From Oopsacas minuta (lineage: Eukaryota > Animalia > Porifera), in NCBI GenBank assembly GCA_024704765.1, contig JAKMXF010000111.1, positions 1,862,058 through 1,926,057 on the forward strand: a stretch of DNA of 64,000 bases, read 5' to 3'. The notes under the pieces were generated by a model, which was not told the DNA's origin, did not search any database, and saw only the letters and a list, made by a program, of their open reading frames with translations. Below, piece after piece: positions 46,762 through 58,780 of the stretch. Within the stretch, counting starts at the first letter, position 1. The number at the start of each line of letters is the position of its first letter. A program made the translations under genes and the position numbers.

Positions 46762-47961
46762 ATGGCTGCAGTTTTCAATGTCGATCAAAAGCTAGAAGCT
46801 CTGAAAATGGAAATAATACGAACTTTTGATGAACTCTACCAATATCTGTCAGATCGCAGAAATAGTCTTCTGTCTAGACTCGCTAAAATGAAGGAAGGAC
46901 ACAACAAGAATGTAGAATTGGAGGAAGCAATAAATCAGTTGAGAATATCCAAAGATCAAATACTAGCTACAATGACTAGCAACTTGGTAGGAGGATTACT
47001 AGACATAGTCAAACAAACGCTAGATAGAGACATCGAACTGAGAATAGCTGAAAAGGTAAAAGTGGATAACTTGGAGTTTATTGACTTCCGTTGTTACTCT
47101 GATAAAATTCGTGAAACCATTGATGAAATAGATTTGTTTGAAATCATTCCTGAATACGTGAGGAGGGAAAACCCTATTCTTAAAGTTTGTAAGAGGGGTA
47201 GAGGAAATGGAGAGTTCAATAATCCCAGAGGAATAGCAGTAGATAGAGCAAGTAATGAATTGTATATTTGTGACAATAGCAACAGTCGTATTCAAGTGTT
47301 GAATACCGAAGGAAAGTATTTACGTTCTTTTGGGACTGACCACTTGAAGGAGCCATACTCTATATGTCTGTCGAAAGAGGAAGTATTCGTTACTGATAGA
47401 GCTAAAGAGTCTCTTGTGAAGTTTAGTTTAGGAGGACAATTCCTAAAGGAAACAGGCTCAAGAGGCCATACAGAAGGACGATTTACTAATATCTCAGGAT
47501 TGTGTCATGAAGCTGGGTTAATATATGTCTGTGATTGTAATGTACAAAGAATTCAAATATTTGATTCTAATCTTAACTTCATTAAAGAGTTCGGCTCCGG
47601 AGAACTCAAACTTCCAAAAGACATTACAGTATTCTCTGACAGAATCTACATCCTATCTCAAAACAACAACTCCATCTACTGCTACAACAGAGACTGTACT
47701 CTCCAGAATATTATACAGCTGACTGGACAGCAACAGCCAATGATAGCATCTCTCTTCTTCACGATTGATAAGAAGGGGAACTTCTTAATCACAGACAGTA
47801 CTGCTAACGATATCCGTATCTTCTCACCTCAAGGAGTGATGAAACATATTCTGGGTAGAGGACATCTCTCTTACCTATGCGGTATTGTATTAGATAACTC
47901 AGATAATATTATATGTGTGAATCATGGCATTGAAAGTAAAGGCTGTTTCCAGAAATATTAA
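46762..47961 (+). CDS. Intronless coiled-coil + NHL propeller protein, subfamily 1, copy C (mosaic of A-like and B-like segments)
   Basis: 399-aa ORF. N-terminus is B-like; propeller is a patchwork. Confidence 0.9.
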   Translation: MAAVFNVDQKLEALKMEIIRTFDELYQYLSDRRNSLLSRLAKMKEGHNKNVELEEAINQLRISKDQILATMTSNLVGGLLDIVKQTLDRDIELRIAEKVKVDNLEFIDFRCYSDKIRETIDEIDLFEIIPEYVRRENPILKVCKRGRGNGEFNNPRGIAVDRASNELYICDNSNSRIQVLNTEGKYLRSFGTDHLKEPYSICLSKEEVFVTDRAKESLVKFSLGGQFLKETGSRGHTEGRFTNISGLCHEAGLIYVCDCNVQRIQIFDSNLNFIKEFGSGELKLPKDITVFSDRIYILSQNNNSIYCYNRDCTLQNIIQLTGQQQPMIASLFFTIDKKGNFLITDSTANDIRIFSPQGVMKHILGRGHLSYLCGIVLDNSDNIICVNHGIESKGCFQKY

Positions 47962-48962
47962 CATTTTCCTTACTTTGAGTGTATTTCCTATAATCTTGCT
48001 TTATCCAATTAGTATATTACTCATTTTTCATTTTCTTATTTTCTCATTTTATAGTTTATACAAATATTTATAATTTTGATACTTCTTTTCATTAACTAAT
48101 AACATATTACACATGTTTTTTCCATTTTACATGCAATTTTCGAAATATTGGTACCCTTACTCATGGTGCATGCTGATACTAACAGTTCTGTGCTGGCTAA
48201 GCTTTGACATTACTACATACGTATTTGACTCTGAGATTTATCTAAGTGTTTGTCAATTGGCTCGCACGACTTCTCTCAGCAAACAAAGCATCGTTCCGCA
48301 TGCTACGCTAACTGAACTAATTTGTCATCTTGCTACTGTTTATCTACATCTGACACTAACTTCATTTGTATGAGTTTGCCTTCCTCAGACGATCTTTCTT
48401 TTGTGAGGCAGTGCTGCCATTAAACAATGATAGTATACCAGGTGACATGCACTTGGGCATTTATATTATACGTCAAGTATGGAGTAATTACTTATCTATA
48501 CTGTTAAACCGCAATTAATCTGTATATATGTACATATACGTACATACAGTAGAGTCTCGATAAGACATACACCAGGGGACTGACAAGATTCGAACTCCTT
48601 ACCCTGAGTTACATCTTAACCATATTCGTATTAACGAGGCTCTACTCTACTTGATTTTCGAGTTATAGTGAATATTGACATGACATGTGCCAGTCATTGT
48701 CTGTGCTATAATTTCTGAACTTTCGAACTTTATCATCATAATATTTAATATGCCTTTTCGCCAAACATGCTTACTAAGCATATAATTTGGGAATTATTTA
48801 GAAAAATTGCTTCACCAAATTCCTAAATCAAAGTTAATACAAACAGTCATACCTCACACAAATTGTACCCCAGCATTTATCACCTGGTTAAATGTTACAT
48901 ATGATAATATTCTCTACAGCATTTATCAATGTTGGTAAACAAATGAGAATACATACAAAGTG

Positions 48963-51900
48963 TCATAAAGGTCCCTTACTATTAATCTCATTCACAATAT
49001 CAGTTACGGTACCTTTTGCGACTGGACGTATTATATTGAACTTCAGAGCAGTGGTGTTATCCTCATTTGATTTTGGTAAAGGTGATTTCAATCCCCCGAC
49101 ACTACTACTTCTAGTAGTTGGATCTTTCACGAAATATTTTTTTCTACAGAATACATTTGGTAATCTAGCTTCAGGTATCCTGAAGGTGACAAGGAAAAAG
49201 TGAACCAGTCCAATTGGTGTAGTAGAAATTACATAGACCCATAGGAAGATTGTGGCTGCTAATTCGTTGTCACGGTAAAACCTAAGGAATGCCAAAGGTA
49301 TCGATATGATGAAAGGAAGACTTAAAGTTGGAACCAAAACTATAGCGCCAAAGGCCACTCTTCTAATCCTCTTCAATTCTGATTCGGCACCTTTTGTCCT
49401 ATTTAGAACCATTCGTATTTTGATGAGTACAAGGATTAGTATTAAGATATTTACTGCAAGGACAATGAAAATAGGGACTAAGAATGTCCAAATCAAATTC
49501 GCTCGCGTGCTTATAAAGCATGGATTACTACAATTCATATCTGTTTTGTTAGATTCAATTTGTGAATCTAAGTAGGCAACAGCAACAACTTTCCCATAAA
49601 TAATCCATATTACAGCCCAGAGGAATGATACAACCCAACTTATCGGGATAAGAATAGGGAATAGTTTCCTTCGTGTATTGAGTCCTGCTATCCAAATTGA
49701 ATAGAAAATGAGTACAGCCGTGGCGAGAGAAGACAGAAACACATTTGTCCATAAGAAATGCAATAGGAATGCAACTATGGTGCAAACAGCTGGATATTCT
49801 ACAAATAGTTCTGCACCAAATATGAAGACAAATATGGCTAGCAAGATACCCACGGTATGATTAAAATGCATTACATTGATGTCTAAACGAAAGAATCTTT
49901 TTCCTGAAAATATGAAAATGAAAAGTGACATGAGTAGAAATATCAGAGAAATTGAGAGTAGAGTATAGCTTGTTATCTGTAAGAGTAATTGCGAAATATC
50001 GCTGATTGGTTTTTCGCATTTTGATGCTGTGGAAACTAATATTGCGAATGTTGATAGATGTATAGTGGTGCATTCCACACTACCGTTCCTATTAATAACC
50101 GTCTTGATTCCTTCAGTAGACCAAGTCCTAGAAATTACATTATATGTAGTGTAATGTATTCTTGTGTATACAGTACAGTGGATAGTAAAATTTGCCAAAT
50201 TAGCAAATCATATTTTGCAGTAATTTTCTTGCTACACGAATTTACCATTATGAGAACTATTTACAATAGATAATGCACTTTATGTCATCATTAATGTTTC
50301 TATATTGCTGTTAAACGATTGCTATTACAGACACTACTGTATTATATATATCATTCTTGAGAGAATACAAATTGAAACTTACCCATCGCTTGTTAGAAAA
50401 ACACATTGAATTCTTGAATGTCCCTAAGCAAATAGTACATAGAGTAGAACTTGAGTCAAGACATACTGCTTCTTGATACAAACCATTTTAATAATATTCC
50501 TATTCGTGGGTGGAGATTTTCAAAAATTAATGAGAGGAAGGTTCCTGCTTATTCGATAATTGGTACTCTCGAGTAAGTATAGGTTCCTGATAGGTACATG
50601 TTATTCGAGTTCCACTTTATACACAGTAGAACTCGGATAAGACGTATGCACGTATGTACCCCTTCGTGAAACAAAAATTAGTACGTACTAACAGAAGTAC
50701 GTCTTATCCGAATATTCATCCTATACAATTTATACAAGAATTGATAATCTGTTTTGGAGAAAAGTACAACAGAAAGTACTTACGCCGAGTACGAAGTGAG
50801 TGGACCCGCGGCCGCCGGCAGACATGGGGCAAGCCCTTAAGTCCGGACTTAAGCAGTTTCACTATTCTTTCGAAAGCAATAATATTTTGAACTTATTTCA
50901 AGGCAGAAATTATACTGTGTTACTTATATAAGTATGCTGTGCATACGAGAGAGTTACGTACTTTGATTATGACCAAGTATACAAGCCCAGTAGTCATAAT
51001 TATTGAATGTGAAGAGCTTGAAAATGTCTTAAAAGGGCTTGAAGTTATTCAATAAAAGGCTTAAGTCCTATTCTATAAGAGGATCAAGTCCAAAGGCTTG
51101 AGCCCTACGGACTTAGTTTATACCGGGTACTCATTACGTGGTAACCAAGTTCTACTGCAATAGTATATACTACAAACATAGATACTTCTAGCAAATTGAA
51201 GTAGAAGATCATAAATTATTGAACAAATAATAATTGTTATTTGATCTATGATAAGTCAATGAGCGTAGTCTTGTCGCTTATAAATACAACTAACTTACAG
51301 AATGTAGCTCTTTCAATTCATCAATAATACTGAATTCAATCGTAAGATTCCCAACTAATGAAAGACTTGCTTGGGTGGTAATTACATCACTGATAATTCT
51401 ATACACACACCCAACAATCAGTATTATCTACGTACATTTATACAGTGTACACAGAAAATTGATCTTCTTAACTCACCTAACAGTATTATTTGTTAATTCA
51501 CGGGTCTCATCATATGTTTCACTGAAAGCGACCAATGTTGTATCAGCTAGAAATAATCACAAATATGTAAACAACCTCAATGTATTATACGTAATTCTGG
51601 CTAAGATGAGCAAATATTTGCACGATTGGTGTTACGATAACAAAGTTGTTCAAACTTAAGTAGCGATTCTAAGCTGTAGGGAGTGACAGAGTGAGTGACA
51701 ACAAATTATTGTTATTCGATCCATTTTGTATTTAATATAATCGAGGGTGAGTTTTTTCGGAATTTTAGCTATGTAATATTAACAGGGGCTGGGCAAACAG
51801 TTAGACCATGACCTCATCACTTTTGGCCTTGGCCTATTCAATTTTATGGTCTGAGCCTGACCACTTTACAATTGATCAAGCCATTGGCCTGCGCGCCACT

Positions 51901-53585
51901 TAACACCTTCCGCCACCCTTATAATATACTTTTTAATAGATAGACTAGGAGAATGTAATCAATGTATAGCAGTGAATGATGAATAGCCAATATGGATTAA
52001 TATGACTTTCTGATAGTTAGATTGCAAATTTGGGAATTACCTCCAAATGAGTTGGGATTCATTTCTATCGCATTGTTACCAACAGATACCTTTGTAGTAG
52101 ACTCAGCTTCCAATCCAATAATCACTACCACTAGAATATGAAGTATACAGAATAAGGTTGATATTTGAACTACCCATTGAAATTGCTTTCGTGAATAGAA
52201 TTACCTAGCCTTTGAATAATAATCTCTATTATTACTCCAGTTGCTACATTGAGACGAAGAAGTAAATTGTCCACAATACTTTCTCTCAATAGTAGAGATT
52301 TTACCTAATTGATAGTCGCTTAGGTAAATGAGGCAAGTACTGACTCAATATGTACTATACTTATTTATTATTACCCCAGGATTGATATTCCTGCAAATGT
52401 TTGTACTTGTATATGAAAATTCTCTAAACTTACCTCGCTGATGTCTTCTGTTGTAATTTCTACAATTCCCTATACAAGATAGATTATTTACGATAAACTT
52501 TTCGTATATTATACTACAGTCAACATCGGTTAACTCGAACCCGAAGAAAATCAAAATCTCGCAGAAACGAATGTTCGAGTTCACCGGCATTCGGGATAGC
52601 GAAAGTTTTTGATGTAAGCCGAATAGTAAAACGAGAGGAAATGAAAATTACAAAAATTATGAAATTTGTATTTGGAATACATTGCAACCAGTGCAGTGTA
52701 TCCAACTTTACATAAATACGTACTTACATCTAGTTCCTCGCAGAAAGGCGAATAAGTGCTTATATCAGAACAGTTCAGAGTCTCTAGAGAAATATCATAG
52801 AATAATATTGTATAATCTACTACAGTTCAGATTGAGGGTATTATACGTGTAGGATAATATTGCAAAATAACTTACCATTCATACTAAGATCTATTGTAGG
52901 TCCCGTTCCATTTACTGTTGCTCCTAATATTGCAAACAAGAAATAATAATTCGAGTATATCAATTGCCTATAAACTGCTGTACACGAATTCCAAATTTGA
53001 ACCTGTTTCTCTCCAATATTTATTGAATTGGGTTTTAAACCACCAAATTACAATGGCTATTTTGAAGTAAATTGATTATTTATTGAATTTATTGGATTCT
53101 TCCAATGGAGTATCGTTTGTTTTACTTTCCTTGAGAGTTAATATAGAATGGTAACTCACTCTTTTGGCATATATATGAAGTTCCAATATTGGTCCATGAA
53201 TTTCTTGTACAGAGGTAGTCATTCCAATACAGTTCTCCTCGAGTTTGATCAAAGAAATGAAAGCAAGATTCTCCTCCCAAACTGTCAGGTTGATTTGGAG
53301 CAAAATTGTTGTAATCAAAAGGCGTTCCATCTGTCCACACGTAGTCTCCATTATTAGCTGTATCACTAAGACCAATCCACGAAAACGTATCTTTGTTACG
53401 TATACCATTGAGGAGTTGGTTAACTACATCAGAATGTATACTAGCTAGATGGCCTCCCCAAGCAACGCAATGAGCTTCAGCTTGATTCCAGTTTTCATCT
53501 ACATCCACGCTTATATAACAATTGTTATTTATTGTGATGTCACAATGTTGCGATGGAGAGGTCGATTGTGCTTTAATGGTAGTCA
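48963..53585 (-). CDS. C-type lectin / GAIN / 7TM adhesion GPCR; exons 53585-53160, 52923-52876, 52783-52728, 52469-52434, 52304-52205, 52130-52041, 51546-51477, 51398-51299, 50423-50383, 50127-48963; first (signal peptide) exon not located
   Basis: CTL exon (CYISV...WNQAEAHCVAWGGHLASI...WIGLSD...WTDG...WNDYLC, phase 1-1), a chain of phase-consistent GT-AG micro-exons giving a GAIN-like region, GPS CVF...WSTEG...CTTIHLSTF and 7TM. Confidence 0.8.
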
Positions 53586-53683
53586 CTATTAGATTTTAAA
53601 TATTTGATTAATTTTAGCTTGGACTACATCTTTGCATGTTGGTAACTCCCACATAAATATTTCTTAGCTAATTGTTATATATA

Positions 53684-54026
53684 TAAGGCATTAGTCGATC
53701 GTGTTAAACAAGATCGAGCGATCCCGATCTCGATCATTTTTCCGATCGTTTGTGTAATATTCAAGACATATATTTTTGATAGTTACATCATTTCTTATAC
53801 CAAAAGAAACATAGGTGGAGAATCAACGCATTCTACGAACGAATATTACTGATTGTTGAACACAAATTTGGAACAATTACCTAATTATAAATAACGGTAA
53901 TGATAGTAGCATTCAAAGTATACAAAAATGATCGAAAAATGATCGAAAAATGATAGAAAATTTTTGTGCAAAAAAGGATCGCGATCGTGATCGAGCGATC
54001 AATGATCGTACGATCCTAATGCCCTA
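53684..54026. mobile_element. hAT-like MITE rich in gatcg
   Basis: Ends taaggcattag / ctaatgcccta; flanks tatatata / taaatata (7 of 8 match). Confidence 0.6.
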
Positions 54027-55614
54027 TAAATATACAAGAACTCTCGTTAATACTAATAATGGAAAGCATGCGTGGAAATGAGTATTAGTCCGAACAGAAT
54101 TTGTAAACAATGAAATGCTCTTCATTGAAAAGGGATTGAATGTACAATATTTCCCGGCATAACTAAGTGCTAGGAACCGCGATTCAATTTCGTTATTAGC
54201 TGAGTTGATTAATTATATTCAAGCTAGAGAGAAAGGTTCGCTTCGTTATTACCAGATTTTCGTTATATCTGACCTATAATGGAATTTTAATGTACTAAAT
54301 TTGAACATGTTTTAAGGAATTTTGTATTAACAGAACTGTTCCTGAATGTATTAACTCTTTAATATGATAGAAATTGAATATAACTAACCTCCTAATGTTA
54401 GCAGTATTGTAGAGGTTATTACAGCTATCAGCATCGTTCCTTATTTGTCGGTATGTTTATCTCAGATTATGCATTACAATTATTCTGAGTATTTATACAA
54501 ACAAATTATATTCACTGTGTGCAGTTAAACATCCCGCATTACTTGGTAATCTTCTGTATTCACTTTTTACTGTGCTGACTATACTTTACTTCTAATCAGA
54601 TAATCATAAATTCTTCATAGAACAATCATTAATTAATTACAACATGTGTATTTAATATACTTATGTGTGCATCCGAATAAGATATTACGATAAGAATTGA
54701 TAGTAATCTAAAGTATCCACGTGTATATCTATATTATTAAAGCACAATTGTTGTTTGTTTGTTTGTTTGTCTGTCTGTCTGTCTGTCTGTTTGTCCGTTG
54801 TCAAGGAAAGGATTTACGGTATGAAATTCTGATATTGTCGCATAACTATGTATTTATCGTGTTTATCAAGGAAGTAAATAGAATTCAATAAAACTTTACT
54901 AAATATATCGAACATGCGGAATCCGATTTTCACACTTTTGGATTAATCATATGTAATTTATTGTTGTTCTATGAATATAAAGTAAGCAAATTATCACAAC
55001 CTCAAAATATACGTAGATACTCGCCCTCAACGGCTACAAAGGGATTAATCTTACAAAATGATTCAATAACATATATGCCATATGCGTATATTTGTGAATT
55101 CCATTGTTCTAAATATATCTATATTATAATACTCATAGGAGCCGTCAATTTGGAGAATAATGGATACCTCGAGGCGCAATGCACCGAGTTCATTGCGAAG
55201 CAACGCGACGAGCCAAAGGCTCGTATTAGTTAAAACGTCAACAAAACGTATATTTTAGAAGAATTTGAGCTACTATCTATACTTAGTTACACTTCGGGTT
55301 CGGGTCGGGCTCGGGTCGGGTTCTGAAAAGTGGACCCAATACAACTCTGAATTTCATACTCATCAATTATTTCGTAATTAGTACATTTTATATTATGGTT
55401 AATATCTCAATCTACGCGCTGAGTACTCGAGGGGTACTTTGTAATATATTTATCGAGAATTTTCATAATTCTGATCGAGAATATTTAATAGACCACCTTC
55501 AGCTGGATAACTACCTCCCTCTAGCCAAGAAAAGCTTACTATGAGATCGAAAATTCGAAAGGGAAATTTCTAGGCGGAATTTTCTAAAATTCTAAAATGG
55601 ATACAAATTTGACA

Positions 55615-55718
<104 letters not shown>

Positions 55719-56076
55719 ACCAGCGAAGTGAAATGTCATAACAAATTCATGTTAACTGTTTTTCTGTACTATTCTGTGACTTACAAAGCTAAATGTGCAA
55801 TAAACACAACAAATTTGATTTTTTAAGAAAACTTATCCGTTCTGTTTCGTGGATTAGTCATGCCTGTAAATATCGTAGACTCTTGAGCTTAGATATAACA
55901 GGAGTTAACTGTAATTATTTCGTTGGGGAATTTGATATCCTATACTAATTGATTATTATTACTATATTTAGCTAATAATCTGAGAACTAATTTATATGCT
56001 TATGTCTATCTCAAATTACTATTAAATACATAAGTGCATTCTTATTTCAAAATGATCAAATTCGACTGACAAAGAA

Positions 56077-57348
56077 ATGGCTAGCGTAGCAGTGAAAAGA
56101 AACTTCATTGAACAAATAAAAGAGAGTAGAAGGAAGATTAGAGACTGCTTCAAGAGGTCACATGAAGCTCTACAACTCAGAGAGAATATCCTCCTTTCTC
56201 GTATTGATCAAATCGAGAAAGATTATAATAGAAAAACTCAAGAAATGCAAGAGTTATTGAAAGCTTTGAATAAATCAAAATCGTTCAATACAAACACTCT
56301 GACTTCTAATAAACTTAAAGCTACTCATCGAGGAATAGAATCACTAATAAATAATCAGATCGAGGAACTATCAGCTGATACAGACAGTAGTATTGAGTTT
56401 GAATGGAACAATCAATTCGAGACTGACATAGAACAGCTAGGGAGTATTAAACTTAGCGGTCAGACTAACATATCTTCCACCCCCACCTTCCCTCCTCAAG
56501 TGAAGCCTGTTGTGCCTGACTACAAGGCTAAACAGCTGCCTACTGCTTACTACTGTAAAAAATCTACAGGCAAGAAAGCTCCAGGAGAATTGAACTGTCC
56601 CAGATCTATAGCAGTACATTACCAAACCGGAAATATTTACATAACTGATAAGTGTAACGATCGTGTACAAGTATTTACCAGTAATGGAGACTATCTCTTC
56701 ATGTTCAGTGAGAAGATGAACAAACCAACTGGTATCTGTATATCTCAGAATAAAGTGTTTGTTACACAATCGGATGGTAATTGCATTAATAAGTACGAGC
56801 TAGAAGGGAAACTAATCAAGAGTGTTGGTAGTGAAGGGAATGGAGAAGCTCAGTTCAACTATCCACGGGGTCTAGATGTCTCTGATAGAAATAGCAATGT
56901 GTACGTATGTGATTCTAGCAATAAAAGAGTTAAAATCTTAACTCAAGAACTCAAGTTCCATTCCATACTAGGAATAGGCTTGCTTAAGTATCCATTTGAC
57001 GTTAAGGTTAGAAGAGACAGAGTACTGGTGCTAGATAGAAGTGATCCGTGTATGTTTGTGTTCAATTCAGATTACGTTCTAACCAACAGACTGATAACTC
57101 TAGGTGTTGGCAAACAAACAAACAATCCAAATTGTTTCGACATAGACAGAGACCATAACATCATTATGAGTGACTACAGAAATCACTGTGTGTACATATT
57201 CAATCAGGAAGGAGAACAGATACACAAGTTTGGGAAGGAAGGTCAGGGTATCGGGGAGTTCTATTGCCCATATGGAATAGCACTAAACAACACAGGGCAT
57301 ATTATAGTTGTGTGTCAGAAGATTACTAATTGTCTACAATTCTTCTAA
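56077..57348 (+). CDS. Intronless coiled-coil + NHL propeller protein, subfamily 2, copy F
   Basis: 423-aa ORF, close paralogue of 30474-31721. Confidence 0.9.
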   Translation: MASVAVKRNFIEQIKESRRKIRDCFKRSHEALQLRENILLSRIDQIEKDYNRKTQEMQELLKALNKSKSFNTNTLTSNKLKATHRGIESLINNQIEELSADTDSSIEFEWNNQFETDIEQLGSIKLSGQTNISSTPTFPPQVKPVVPDYKAKQLPTAYYCKKSTGKKAPGELNCPRSIAVHYQTGNIYITDKCNDRVQVFTSNGDYLFMFSEKMNKPTGICISQNKVFVTQSDGNCINKYELEGKLIKSVGSEGNGEAQFNYPRGLDVSDRNSNVYVCDSSNKRVKILTQELKFHSILGIGLLKYPFDVKVRRDRVLVLDRSDPCMFVFNSDYVLTNRLITLGVGKQTNNPNCFDIDRDHNIIMSDYRNHCVYIFNQEGEQIHKFGKEGQGIGEFYCPYGIALNNTGHIIVVCQKITNCLQFF

Positions 57349-57787
57349 CTGACTTCATTTTATATAATTAGTGATTTGTGGGGTACTTTGATTGTTCATT
57401 ATTTTCAATCTTTGTGATTTTGTAGTATAATCAGTTCGCTATTTGTTATATATTATTTGTATCGTCATTGTACTTAAGAATGTTTCAATTCAAACTGTCC
57501 AGCTGGGTAATTTCTTTTGTTCTTTTCAGGATTAATCTACCTAATCTCTAGTATTCTTTTGAATTTACATAGTTAGGTGTGAAAATTTGATTTTCACGAA
57601 AAAAGTATGAAACATTCACTTTGTAAATATTCATACCCGAGGTGCAAATCCCTGACCCGACATGTATATGTGTGCCCATTTTCACTGATAGATTTCGCAC
57701 TATCGTTCGGACGTAAGTCCGGACGTCACACATCGTCCATTCCATTAAGACACCTTTCAGACACCAGAGTACGAGTACTCTAGTCTC

Positions 57788-58780
57788 GTGAGTTCCCCAG
57801 CCTCTCACAAACTATCTCCCACCTTTCTATCCTTCCACCATTCATTCGGTTATGACCTACTCCGACGTTGTAACTTATACGTCATAGATCCAGACACAGT
57901 AATGTATATCAGTGGTAACCTGGTTCACTTCCTAACTCTAAGTACCGGAGAGTTGTCCTATCTTCGGTCAGCTAGTGGTCATGGTTTAGGGGCACTAGCA
58001 GTGCATCCGTCCAAGCAGTTTATAGCTGTAGCGGAGAAAGGAGTGATGCCTGTCATAAACATATTCACATATCCCGGTCTAAGATTAGATCGTGTACTCA
58101 GAGGAGGTACGGAGACAGCTTATGCTCATTTGACCTTCTCACCTGGTGATGGATTCAAGATAGCATCTGTTGGAGGGAGTCCTGATTTTATGCTTACTGT
58201 ATGGGACTGGAGACATGAAGCTATTGTACTCAGGAGTAAAGCATTCTCTCAGGATATATTCAGGTGCATGTGGATTTTGGGGGTTTGTGGGTGGTTCAGA
58301 CCTATTTTTACATATTTTGAAATTGTAGGCAGATATTTCCATATATGGAACAATGCCATAGGTTGATACGATATTCTTGTATATCCATAAACAATAAAAT
58401 TCATAATTCCCCCAAATTCGGTTGCATTATTGTATGGAGCTTTACTGTAATTAACATATTATTTCTAATAATAGCCTCCCTGGGATAATATAATTTACTG
58501 GCTATTATTCGAGGTAATACAGTATTTGAATATCTTTCATATTTTATAAATACCAAAAATTCTCGTTATATCCGACTTGTTTTACCTGAGTTTCTTATTT
58601 TTCTAGAGTATCCTTCTCACCAGAGAATGAAGGTATTCTAACCTCCAGTGGAATAGGGCAAATCAGATTTTGGAAGATGGCTTTACCTTTACAGGCTTGA
58701 AGCTACAAGGAGATATCGGTAAGTTCGGTAAGAGAGAGATTTCTTAAAGTCAGCGGGTATGCTGAATTTCTAGATGGTAA
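57788..58780 (+). pseudogene. CFAP44: Truncated, frameshifted CFAP44 (WDR52) copy: two 5' exons (to 58263 and 58607 to about 58780)
   Basis: HSFGYDLLRRCNL...GNLVHFL...AEKG...VLRGGTE...SVGGSPDFMLTVWDW...KAFSQDIFR / VSFSPENEGILTSSG.GQIRFWKMA. Then a 1-nt deletion before FTFTGLKLQG and a further frameshift or stop; no later exons seen. Confidence 0.8.

Larger units (their letters stand above)
44557..50940. repeat. Right-hand block that is an inverted composite of two left-hand segments (19405-22880 and 8905-12714)
   Basis: Its 5' flank and NHL N-terminus match copy B; its 3' flank and GPCR exons match copy A. Confidence 0.9.
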
